Of a stretch of 64,000 bases of DNA, positions 41,955-51,510 are shown piece by piece. The notes beneath the pieces were generated by a model that was not told where the DNA came from, ran no database searches, and saw only the letters and a program-made list of their open reading frames with translations. Every line of letters begins with the position of its first letter. The stretch's first letter is position 1. The DNA comes from an uncultured bacterium (GTDB lineage: Bacteria; Chloroflexota; UBA5177; JANWHV01): the NCBI GenBank assembly GCA_963827235.1, contig CAWHAE010000012.1, positions 1,056,001-1,120,000 on the forward strand. The letters run 5' to 3'. The translations under genes were made by a program, and so were the position numbers.

Positions 41955-42520
41955 TCCTCGCGAGCACCATCAGCGCCTTGTTGTGCTCACGCGGGAGCAG
42001 CAGCCCGATCAACTACGGCCGAAAAGCGGTGCGCGCTGCATGCCGATTGAGCAGACGGTCAAACTGGGCACAGTAGACTTCAACCGCGCTGGGCACGATC
42101 CTCGCTGGCCCGTGCCCTGCGTTTGCTTTGAGCGGCGAGGAGGAGCCAGCCGAGCTACTGCGCAGCTCGGCCTTCCCCTGCTCCATGCCGGGACCGGCGA
42201 CGACTAGCCTTGCGCCAAATCGCGGGCCAGGAGACAGGTGCGCAGATCCTCCGGGTCCAGGCCGAGCGGCAGCGGTGCTGCATCACCGGAAAGCAGGCGC
42301 GAGACGTACCGGTCGAGCATCTCAGCGCCGGCGATTTCACCGGGCGTCGCGCACAGCGCGGGATCGATCACGTCTGCGGACCCGCGAGCGCTCATGTGCT
42401 TGCTCCCGATTCCGGAACGGTCTCTAGTCCGTGGCCGGGCCGGCAGCAAGGCAGCAGCTCTGCCGATTCCTGTGTACGAACGGCAGATGGCAAGGTCGGC
42501 GGTGGCGCGGCGCCGGCCTG

Positions 42521-43390
42521 TCATGTCTCGGCCGCGCCCTGTTGTGGCCGGGTGAGTACGGCCAACCCAGCGATGACCGCCAGCAAGCCCAGGCTGATCG
42601 CCCACTCGGGCACGAAGCTCAAGTGCTGCGCCAGCACGGCAAAGCGGTCGCTGCCCCAGTAGCTGAAGCTAAACCAGGAGCTTCGGCGTATACGTGCCGC
42701 GCCCGTCAGCGCCGGCCCTACCATCAGGCCACCCAAGCAGCCGAAGATTGCGAAGGCGCCAGGGTCGGTGAGCGGGACACAAAGAGACAGGTCGCCAAGC
42801 GGCACGCTCACGCCGCAAGCGCGAAATATGTCGCGCTCGGCCAGGCCCGACCGATCCCAGAGCAGCGAGGCGAAGAACAGAGGCATCACCATGTCCGGCA
42901 CGCAGGCCAGACCGATCGCCACGACATGCAACGTCGAGCTGGCTGTCACCGAGACCACTAGCACGCCGCTCAGCACCGGCGCGCATCAGGAGTTGACGGG
43001 CCCGAGACCATGCCGAGCAGGAAGGTGCCGCCGGTCTGGCCGTTGACATCTGGCCGGCGCAACGTGGGCATGGGCAGGGACCAGCCCTTGCCCCGCAAGG
43101 CGGAAAGCGCCCTGCCCAGCATCTGTACACCGCCCAGGAAGAGGACTTCCCGATGGGCCTGATTGAAAAACTGCCCCAGGGCGCCGATGCCGAGCACCAC
43201 GGGGAGCAGGATGACCGCGACGCCGAGCGCGAATCCGCCCGTGAGCTGGACGACGTTCCAGCTCGTCACGCGGAGCATGGCCGCCACGTAGGTAGGCAGC
43301 AGGGAGACGATGCCTCAAAGGAGCGATCAGGGCAAGCACGCCGCCCAGGAATGCGGTAAGGATGGAACTGCCCAGGATCAGGGTTTGCAT
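42521..43390 (-). pseudogene. CcdA/DsbD-beta-like thiol-disulfide transporter with frameshifts and TGA at both conserved Cys positions
   Basis: TAFLGGVLALIAP-TGA-GIVSLLPTY and GMVSG.VNS-TGA-CAPVLSGVL, with several TM segments. Confidence 0.75.
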
Positions 43391-43391
43391 G

Positions 43392-43643
43392 CTACGCTCC
43401 CTTACACGGCAGCGTTACGGCTCGCTGCTCGAGCAGCCGACGCAGCCTGAGCTCTGAGAGCCGGCCGAAGCCGACGAAGCGGCCGTCCAGGAGCAGCGCG
43501 CGTGGGAAGAGGGCACTTTGCCGCGCCACGAGCGCCTGGCCATCGGGTGAGGCCCAGGGGATCTCGTGCACGGCGAGCGGGAACTTCACGGCCAGCCTGG
43601 CGAGGGCTTTCTTGCCGTCCTCGCGGAAGTGGCAGTCAGGCGC
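43392..43643 (-). pseudogene. Glutaredoxin/thioredoxin-like protein remnant
   Basis: APDCHFREDGKKAL (CxxC degenerated to CHFR) and ALLLDGRFVGFGRLSE. An in-frame TAA lies immediately upstream. Confidence 0.6.
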
Positions 43644-43747
43644 TTAGTCGAACTTGGACGACGGCCAGACCGCGAGCCACTTGGCAGCGCGCGGCATCGG
43701 TTCACGGAGGCACTGCCATTCATCAGTACTACCAAGCGCCACGAGCA

Positions 43748-44845
43748 GTGCGGCCCATACGATCAGCCGCACGCGCGCTTGCCGTCGTAGCGCTCATTGC
43801 AGCTTCGCCGGCCCGCGCAGAGGCCGGAGGGTCCCGTGCTGCGCAGGTCGCCGCGTGTGGGGGAAGACCTGGACACACACTGGCGTTCGACGCGAGCAGT
43901 CTCGATCCCGCTGCTCGGTGGCACGTCTATGTCATGGCCGACAACGGGCTACACCTCTGCCAAGTTCCTGGGCCAGTCGGCCAGGACTGCACGGAGCCGG
44001 TCTGGGCGCCCGACGGTCATACCTTCATCTATCAGTGTGAGCGGCGGTCGCTACGCCGAGACACCGGCAGCCTGTACGCTGCGACACCGAACGGCAGCGG
44101 GCTGCGCCTGCTTACAAGCGGGACTAATGGCGTCGCGCCCAGATGGTACAACCAAGGGCGCCGCGTACTCTACCTCTCCTACAAGGGTACGGCCGCGTCC
44201 TGGTGGAGCATGGCGCCCGATGGTAGCGCGCGGCGAGAGGAAGGTAGCCTCGATACATACACCAGCTATACGGCCGCACCCAGGGGCACTACGACTGCCT
44301 GGATCACGAGGACTACCATCACGGGATTATGGATTCTCGCCGGAGGCAGCCGCACTCCACGCGTGGTCGCCGCCGGTACTCACGTCGACCGCGTAGATCA
44401 GTTTTCGCCCGACGGCCGGTGGCTGGCATTCTGGGCCCGGCATGGGACAGCCGACATCCTCTACGTTGTCGACGTACATGGATCGCAGATACGCGCGGTC
44501 GCACCGGTGTCAGTCGATAGTGAGGAGGCATTCTCACCTGACGGGCACACGCTGGCATACACCGCGCTGCACGGCGCGCTCTACGCTCTCTGGTTCGTAG
44601 GGACCTGGGGCGGCAAGCCACAACTTGTCACCGACCTCAACTTGGGGGATGAGAGTGGCGAAATAACGCCTGCCGCGCCCACATGGTCGGCAGACGGGCG
44701 CTACGTAGCCATCAGCACGTTCACCGGGGCAGGCTTTGCGATTCTACGCTACAACGTCGACCGTCGCACGCGGCCTGCAACAATGACTCCGCCCGGACAC
44801 ATCTTCGATTTGCTCTATGACCTTGCCTGGCAGCCGCTGGCATAG
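43748..44845 (+). CDS. Secreted TolB-like (PD40/WD40) beta-propeller protein
   Basis: Signal-like ALAVVALIAASPARA. Repeats PVWAPDG, FSPDGRWLAF, FSPDGHTLAY, PTWSADGRYVA. Confidence 0.8.
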   Translation: MRPIRSAARALAVVALIAASPARAEAGGSRAAQVAACGGRPGHTLAFDASSLDPAARWHVYVMADNGLHLCQVPGPVGQDCTEPVWAPDGHTFIYQCERRSLRRDTGSLYAATPNGSGLRLLTSGTNGVAPRWYNQGRRVLYLSYKGTAASWWSMAPDGSARREEGSLDTYTSYTAAPRGTTTAWITRTTITGLWILAGGSRTPRVVAAGTHVDRVDQFSPDGRWLAFWARHGTADILYVVDVHGSQIRAVAPVSVDSEEAFSPDGHTLAYTALHGALYALWFVGTWGGKPQLVTDLNLGDESGEITPAAPTWSADGRYVAISTFTGAGFAILRYNVDRRTRPATMTPPGHIFDLLYDLAWQPLA

Positions 44846-45101
44846 CGGAGGAGGCCAACCATACCGACTCTACTGCTGCCGCGCGCGAGAAGCCGTGTCG
44901 CGTAGCGCACCAGTCTCTCGACATGCTCGACGATCCATCGCATCCAGGTCTGGGGTGCTTCCGCGATCTGGCTCTGATCGCGGTTTTGCGCCAAGCTTTG
45001 TACACTTGGCCTTCTACGCTGGCTGTACTGCGATCGGCGCCACCATGTGTCAGGATTACCACAAACTACCAGTACCATCGACCTTAAGCGTGAGTACGTA
45101 A

Positions 45102-45129
45102 GCTTCGCATAATCATTGTTATGCGAAGC
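45102..45129. other. dif-like Xer recombination site (11-6-11)
   Basis: GCTTCGCATAA-TCATTG-TTATGCGAAGC. The CATAA-N6-TTATG core is that of known dif sites, the arms are perfectly inverted and the site is intergenic. Confidence 0.75.
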
Positions 45130-45667
45130 TCAGTATCGCCAGGCGCCGCACTACGTTCCTGGTTGTCAGCGCTCAACTATCTTGGCCACTTTCGATGGTA
45201 GTTGGCCAGAAGTGCAATGACTTGGCCACCGAGGTCAGCAGTGGATCGCTTGGCAGAGTTCGACACACCTAGGACCTCTCGTGGCACGAGCCGATCTGAA
45301 CGGCTCTTCTTCCGGGACGGGACGTGGGGCAACGGGCGAACGAGTGGTTGTGTACGCCTGCCGTTCGAGTCATCCGCGCGCTTGAGCCTGGATGTCTGTT
45401 GCGCGGGGTTACAGCAGCCTGGGACAACTCGCAGACGAGAGGTGCTTGGAATCATGGATCCGCGGGGCTAGCTTCTGCTGCAGACGATAGCGATCGAGGC
45501 AGGGGCGGGTGGGCAGGAGCAGGCACGTATGCCCACGGCTGGCGTGGCACGTGTCGCCCGGATAGAAACGCCGGCAACAACTTGCCGCGCGCCGTGGCCC
45601 TCGAGGATCCGGCGACCAGGCTTGCGGCGTGCGCTGCGAGCCTGCAGCGCACGCCGCCGAGAAGCGG

Positions 45668-48600
45668 TTACTTCGTGACCGCGAGCGTGACCGGCACGCG
45701 AACGACGCGACCCGTGACCTGCTGTGTCGCCAGCACGGTGAGGTGATAGGTCTTGGGCGAGACGCCTTTGCCCACCACCACGTGCAGCGTCGCCGTGTGG
45801 CCAGTCGCGAACAGCGATGCGAGACCGCGAAGGCTACCGGCCGTGATCCCCTTGGGCGCGCCCTTGGCCAGGCTCAGCGTGATGTAGTCGCTTGCATAGT
45901 GCCAGGCAGAGCCCAGCGGTGTGACCTTGAGCGGCACGTCCAGCGTGCCACCCTGCCGCACATGGCCCATGGCAGACTGCACGCGGTAATTGACGCCGAA
46001 TGATGCGATCAGCAGCCGCCTGGCGACGGCGTGCGCGCTCTCGTGCCCGTCCACGTCATAGGCGACCACGGCGGCCTGGTAGGTGACCCCGCGCAGCGTT
46101 TCGGGCAGGGTGGCAGATGTAGCGTTGGGAGCGACGTAGCTCACGCTCCACTTGTTGGCCGGCCAGCCGCTGTGCCGCCAGTAGACCTCGTACCCCTCGC
46201 GGAGGCCGACCTGGGCCGGCGGCGTCCAGAGCACGACCAGGTGTCCGCGGTAGTCGGTGGCCACCACGGAGCGCGGCGCCGCCGGATGTGCGGGCTGTAC
46301 GACATGGACGCGGCCGGCGGCATAGCCGACGATATCCGGTCCGGCGCCATCGTCGAGCACCGCGTAGATGAAGTACGTTCCGGCCGGCACCGAGCGCGTG
46401 TTCCAGGTGTAGTGCCAGTTGCCGCCTACCAGGGGCACCTGCGTGACGATCGCGGTGCCGTTGGCGGTCCTGGCGGCCGTGTTGTAATACAGCGAGACCG
46501 TCTTGCCGGCCGATGGGTCGCCGGTGAGTCGCCCGGAGAAACTCACCGTCGGGTTGGCCGTGAGCACCTTACCAGCGGCTGGCGCGTCGACCATGAGCGT
46601 GGGTAGCTGCGGGTCCGGATAGTACATGGTCATCTCGTAGGCCTCGTCGCCGTGCAGGTTGCCGATGTGCACCGTCCAGGCGCCCGCCCGCGGGTTTGCG
46701 ACGGCAATCTGGTACGCGCCCGTGTAGCCGTCGCCGAGATCGGCGCTGACCGGTGAGCCGGCGGGCGGCAGGTGGCCTGTGCCGTCGGGGCCTTCGATCG
46801 TAAACGTCGGCGATCCGGCCTTCCAGGCCAGGATGAATACCGCTTCGGGCTCACCGGGCAGGATCTGCACCCTCGACGTGACGGAAGGCAGGCTGCTGGG
46901 TGCATACGCCACGTGATCGGACATGATGGGGACGCTGGGCGCACCGGCGTCCGGCAGCGCCGCGCCATCTGCCAGCGAGCGCCACACCACCGTCGACTGC
47001 GCGGGGAGGCCGAGGGCCGGCGCCAGAGACAGCGGAGTATCGGCCGTGTCGTAGAGCGTGTAGCCGCCCAGGTTCTTCCACTTGACGTGGACTCCGTTGT
47101 CGAGGTAGACGAGGACGTGCAGGTGGAACTTGATGCCGCAGAGGTCGACGCCGATGCCTGCCTTGACACCCTTGTACATGGCGGAGTTGTCGCTGTCGAC
47201 GAACTTGCCGATCGAGGCGTCGGCTCCGGCGCTGATGCCGCAGGGCGGAATCAGTGGAGCGATCGAGTTCTTCGGGATCTCGATCTCGATCGAGGCGGTA
47301 GCCGCGATCTCGGGGCCGCTGTGGTCGAGCCAGAGGTGCGCGTACGCGTCGCCGTCGATGGAAATCTTCTTGTCCTTCCGGATGGTGAACTCCTTGCCCA
47401 CGTAGATCTCGGCGTAGAAGCCGGTCGAGGCGCTGGCGTCGATCGTCGCCCCGTGGTTCGGCAGCACCGTGGCGCAAACGCCGTCCGGCTGTGCCACGAT
47501 TCGCACGCAGAGCCCGCCCTTGATGTCAAAGAACTTGAAGAGCTCCGAATCCTGGGTGCCGAAGGAAAAGTTGCCGTCGGTGGCGAACGCTCCCGTCACG
47601 TCGCCGTTGTAGATGAAGCCGTCGTCGTCCGTGGCGAGGTGCAATCCCAGATCGAAGGTGTAGATGACGGTCCCGGCGATCGGGTGGCCGCTCTTGTCGT
47701 AGCGAGAACCGATCTTGATCCCGCCGTGAATGCCGTTGATCTCGAATCCGGTTTCGTCGAGCGGAATGCCGCCCGCTTGCGACTGCAAGTCCAGCTCGGC
47801 CGAGCGCAGCTCCGAGGGATGCGCGGCGTCCGGCGTGCCCAGCTCGAAGGAGCAGCTCAGCTCGCCGATGCCCTTCAAAGCGACCGTGGCGCTGCCGGCG
47901 AAGTCATAGGTGACCGCGCCGTTCGTGTCGGTGAACGTAATGCTGGCCGTTCCGTCGAGCTCGAAGCCACCGGCGTCGATCTCGGGCAGGGTGAGGTCGG
48001 CGCCGCCGCCCGTGATGCTGATGCTGTGGCCGTCGAAAGACAGCCCTTGAAGGGTCAAGCTGTCCTTGAAGATGGGCAGCGATACAGTGATCTGGCCGAT
48101 CGAAATGCTGCCGCTGTGCAGCGTGAAGCCGGAGGCGCTGACGCTCATGTCGCCGAACGAGAATGTGAGCGGCTTGCTGACCGAGGCGTCCGTTCCATCG
48201 CCGGACGTCGTGAGGTCGAACGACGGCAGGGCAAACGTTTTGCTGCCGAGCTCGGAAGGCAACACGATGCTGGCGCTCGGAATGACCAGGCCCGTCGTGC
48301 CCAGTGTGAAGGGTCCCGTGCTGATCGTCGCGCCGGCCATCTTGAACGTGATGCCCGCGGAGGTGGCGACCACGGCGAACGAGGAGTCGATGGTCACCTG
48401 AGTCAGGGACAGGCTGGAGGTGCCGAAAAACGTCGCAAGCTTGGTGGGCAATGTGATCGATGGTTGCGAGACGGTGAGGCCACTGCTGTCCAGGGTGAGG
48501 CTCCGCGCGGCGAGCGTGAAGCCGAAGGCCTGGAACGAAATGGAGCCGCTCGTCAGCGGGCCGGTGATCCCCCAGGTGCCGCCGGTGCAGGTCATCCTGA

Positions 48601-50590
48601 GGGTGCCGGCGATGGTGACCGTCCTGCCGTTGACGGCGAAGCTGGCCGGCAGACTGAGCGAGACCCCCGTAATCACGAATCCGCTCGTGTCGAGCCGCAT
48701 GCCCGTGAAGCCGAGTGTGAAGCCGAGGGCTTTCATCGTGCCAGCGCCCATGGTCAGCGCCCCGCTGGCCTGCCACGTGCCGCTGCTCTTGGTCACGCTG
48801 AGGCTGCCGGTGAGCGTCAGCGGAGTGCTGCCGGCGTCGAAGCCAGACGGCAGAGTGAGGGACACACCCGTGACGGTGAGCCCGCTGATGTCCAGTGTGA
48901 TCTTCTGCACGTCCAGCGTGAAGCCCATGAACGCGAGGTGCGTCCCCGTTGCGGTGAGGCTGCCGGTGATCGACGTATGACCTCCGTTGTAAGTGGCAGT
49001 GAGGTCGCCTGTGATCGCGGTGCCGCCCAGCGAGCCGGGAAGGGTGAACTTCGTGCCGACAAGCTTGAAGCTGGCGGTGGTGCCGCTACCCGCCGAGGCG
49101 TCGAGCGAGACGGTGCCGGCCGTCATGGTCTCCCCGTAGGCGAGCACGCTCACGTTCGCGGCCGAGAGCGTGCCGGTCATGGCGCCGGTCCCGATCTGGA
49201 TATTGCCCGCGAGCGTGCCGATGCCGAGGCTGCCGGGCAGGGTCAGCCTGGCGCCGTTGACCTGGAGCCCGGTCGAGCTCAGCACGCTGGTGGGCACGCT
49301 CACGCTCAGGCCCGCCAGAGTGAAGCTGAAGGCGGGCAGCGTGAGCGGCAGGCTGGGCGCCTTACCGGCGCCGATCTGCATGGTGGACAGAGAGAGCGAG
49401 GCAGTGGCGTTCAGGAATGCCGGCGGCAACACGGTGACGTTCGTGACCGTATTGCCCACCGGCGGATCGCCGTCAAAGGTGAAGCCGAGCTCCACGTAGT
49501 GGTAGGGCGTGGCGGTTGACGTGGCAGTCGCCGTCACCGACGACGTCGCACTCAGCGCGGGGGTGCTGGTAGCCTGGGCGCTGTGCGTCGTCACGACCGT
49601 GGTGGCGGTGTTCGTGGCCGAAGCGGTCTTCGTGGCAGTGGCGGTTGCCGTGCGCGAGGCGGTGCTCGTGGCCGTGGCGGTGCTCGTGGCCGTGGCGGTG
49701 CTCGTGGCCGTGGCGGTGCTCGTGGCCGTAGCGGTGGCCGTGGCAGTCGGCGGCGAGTACACGGTGGTCACGTCGCTGTCGCCGCCGCTCGTGCCGTCAC
49801 TGGAAGAAACGTCTACCGTGTTTGTGATGGTGTCACCCGCGATCGCGCTGTTCGACACCGTGGCGTTGAGCGTGAGGGGGGGCAATGAGTCGCCGGGCTC
49901 AATATAGGTTTCGCCCGGGTAGTAGTAGCATTCGACGCTGGTCGACGAGGTCTGCACCTGCCCGCAGTCCCAGTAGTTGGCGTTCACCCCGAGATCCGCC
50001 AGCGTAAACGTGATGGTATTTGCCTGGTCGGCGTCGCTGAGCGAGCTGGAAACGGTCAGTGCATACCCCTCTGGAGCGACGCTGACCGTCGGCGTGATCG
50101 TGTAGGTAATCGACTGCCCCGGCACCACCTGCCCACCGGCGCTGTCGGTAATCGTCGCGCTCAGCACCGGCGTCTGGCCATCCCGCGCCCGGGCAGCGGC
50201 GGCGACGTTCGGCCGGACGGAGAGCTTGCTCGCGCTCTCGACCTTGCCGGCGTCATGCACACTCGTCGCGGTCCGGCCGGCACTACTCGCGGCGGCCGGG
50301 ACGCGGCGGGCAGGTGCTGCCGCCGGCGTGGCATCGGACGTGCCCGTCACGCCGTATTCCTTTTCGAGCGCCTGCAGCACGGCCGCGCCGAGCGCGGTGC
50401 GCATCAGCTCGCGCCCGCGGGCCGAGTGTAGCAGCTTCAGCAACTCCCGCTGCTGGTTCTTCATAACACTATCCGGCCAGGTGAAGGTCGAGGCTCTCGC
50501 CACACTGCTCCGCGGCAGTGCCAGGCCGCCTGATCCACCCAGTACTATCAGCAGGACCAGCGCGATCCGGAAGGACAGCCACTTGCGCAC
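45668..50590 (-). CDS. Large secreted protein (~1640 aa): signal peptide, DUF11/Ig-like domain, Thr/Ala linker, beta-strand repeats, Ig/FnIII-like C-terminus
   Basis: GTG 50590 with AGAAGGG upstream, (TATATS)n linker, repeated GFTL....LD.SGL.V....L.LP units, WNTRSVPAGTY, and FnIII-like GYEVYW...YQAAVVAYDVDGHES. Confidence 0.8.
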   Translation of the reverse strand: MRKWLSFRIALVLLIVLGGSGGLALPRSSVARASTFTWPDSVMKNQQRELLKLLHSARGRELMRTALGAAVLQALEKEYGVTGTSDATPAAAPARRVPAAASSAGRTATSVHDAGKVESASKLSVRPNVAAAARARDGQTPVLSATITDSAGGQVVPGQSITYTITPTVSVAPEGYALTVSSSLSDADQANTITFTLADLGVNANYWDCGQVQTSSTSVECYYYPGETYIEPGDSLPPLTLNATVSNSAIAGDTITNTVDVSSSDGTSGGDSDVTTVYSPPTATATATATSTATATSTATATSTATATSTASRTATATATKTASATNTATTVVTTHSAQATSTPALSATSSVTATATSTATPYHYVELGFTFDGDPPVGNTVTNVTVLPPAFLNATASLSLSTMQIGAGKAPSLPLTLPAFSFTLAGLSVSVPTSVLSSTGLQVNGARLTLPGSLGIGTLAGNIQIGTGAMTGTLSAANVSVLAYGETMTAGTVSLDASAGSGTTASFKLVGTKFTLPGSLGGTAITGDLTATYNGGHTSITGSLTATGTHLAFMGFTLDVQKITLDISGLTVTGVSLTLPSGFDAGSTPLTLTGSLSVTKSSGTWQASGALTMGAGTMKALGFTLGFTGMRLDTSGFVITGVSLSLPASFAVNGRTVTIAGTLRMTCTGGTWGITGPLTSGSISFQAFGFTLAARSLTLDSSGLTVSQPSITLPTKLATFFGTSSLSLTQVTIDSSFAVVATSAGITFKMAGATISTGPFTLGTTGLVIPSASIVLPSELGSKTFALPSFDLTTSGDGTDASVSKPLTFSFGDMSVSASGFTLHSGSISIGQITVSLPIFKDSLTLQGLSFDGHSISITGGGADLTLPEIDAGGFELDGTASITFTDTNGAVTYDFAGSATVALKGIGELSCSFELGTPDAAHPSELRSAELDLQSQAGGIPLDETGFEINGIHGGIKIGSRYDKSGHPIAGTVIYTFDLGLHLATDDDGFIYNGDVTGAFATDGNFSFGTQDSELFKFFDIKGGLCVRIVAQPDGVCATVLPNHGATIDASASTGFYAEIYVGKEFTIRKDKKISIDGDAYAHLWLDHSGPEIAATASIEIEIPKNSIAPLIPPCGISAGADASIGKFVDSDNSAMYKGVKAGIGVDLCGIKFHLHVLVYLDNGVHVKWKNLGGYTLYDTADTPLSLAPALGLPAQSTVVWRSLADGAALPDAGAPSVPIMSDHVAYAPSSLPSVTSRVQILPGEPEAVFILAWKAGSPTFTIEGPDGTGHLPPAGSPVSADLGDGYTGAYQIAVANPRAGAWTVHIGNLHGDEAYEMTMYYPDPQLPTLMVDAPAAGKVLTANPTVSFSGRLTGDPSAGKTVSLYYNTAARTANGTAIVTQVPLVGGNWHYTWNTRSVPAGTYFIYAVLDDGAGPDIVGYAAGRVHVVQPAHPAAPRSVVATDYRGHLVVLWTPPAQVGLREGYEVYWRHSGWPANKWSVSYVAPNATSATLPETLRGVTYQAAVVAYDVDGHESAHAVARRLLIASFGVNYRVQSAMGHVRQGGTLDVPLKVTPLGSAWHYASDYITLSLAKGAPKGITAGSLRGLASLFATGHTATLHVVVGKGVSPKTYHLTVLATQQVTGRVVRVPVTLAVTK
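49661..49732. repeat. Four 18-bp coding tandem repeats encoding the Thr/Ala/Ser linker
   Basis: GGTGCTCGTGGCCGTRGC repeated four times. Confidence 0.85.
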
Positions 50591-51072
50591 GTTATCAACC
50601 CTTCTGCTTGCATCGAAGCCGACCCGGCACACACGCGCGTGTGCATGACGCCGGCATCGCGGAACTACCCGGTACACCGTCCGGACTGATTCTATCTTGT
50701 TGGGGCCCGGAGCATGTCGCACAGATGGGCGCAAGTTGGTCCAAGGCCGAGAAGGACGTCGCCAGAAGGCTATTCGGCAGCCACACACGGCGGCACATAT
50801 GCAACAAGTACCGGTCCACAACGCGACTGATTCTATCTCGTCGCCCGCCGCATGGATATGCCTGCGCCGGCGCGCCCTGGTGTCGCGGCCGGCTGCGAAC
50901 GCTCCGGATCCGTCACGGAGCTCAACTCGGCCTGCAGGTGCACCACCACGCCGGCGAGTTCCGCAAAGTGCAACGGGCTGCGATATGCAGCAGTCGACCG
51001 GTCCAACAGAACTTGCCTGGCTACACTATCCGGAGGAGCGAGCGTAAGGAGACAGCACGATGAGCGATACGC

Positions 51073-51430
51073 ATGAAGGCCAGGCCACTGCTCGGATATC
51101 CGGCCGATGCGCGTCTCTTGGCCTCCGGTCCACGCATCTCGATTGGCATTGCCTCTACGACGGGGGAGGGCCGACGTCTTCGACATCACGCTCGAGCAAG
51201 CGAAGGAATACGGACTAGCGCTTCGGGTCTACGGCCACGAGGCGATGCAGACGGTGCAGAGTCAGGGGCTTCCTGCGAACGATCACGCGCTGCTGGATAG
51301 CTGTCGGCTGAATACCGCGGGCAAGGCGGCGCGCTATGAGGAACTGTTGCGGGACTTGCCGTCAGCCCTGAGCGAGTGGGCGGTGCTTCCGGGAAACGAC
51401 TACCCTGAGTCACTGACGATCGAGTCCGGC
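51073..51430 (+). pseudogene. YdjC/ChbG-like deacetylase remnant with internal deletion
   Basis: LLGYPADARLL N-terminus joined to DVFDITLEQAKEYGLALR...LRDLPSALSEWAVLPG. The catalytic DD motif region is missing. Confidence 0.55.
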
Positions 51431-51510
51431 GAGGACGGTGGCCTTGCTACACCACGTAACAGGACGCGATCCACGCAGCAACACCGCCTTCGGGAGTCGT
51501 CTCGCGGTTC

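Noticed and set aside
5620-49519. Long antisense or alternative-frame ORFs (for example 5620..7383, 15667..17274, 38147..39895, 46772..49519)
   Set aside because: These are shadow ORFs of real genes, expected in GC-rich DNA, and carry no recognisable motifs.
49600-49750. Regular repeats as a possible CRISPR array
   Set aside because: They are contiguous 18-bp coding repeats without spacers and encode a Thr/Ala linker.
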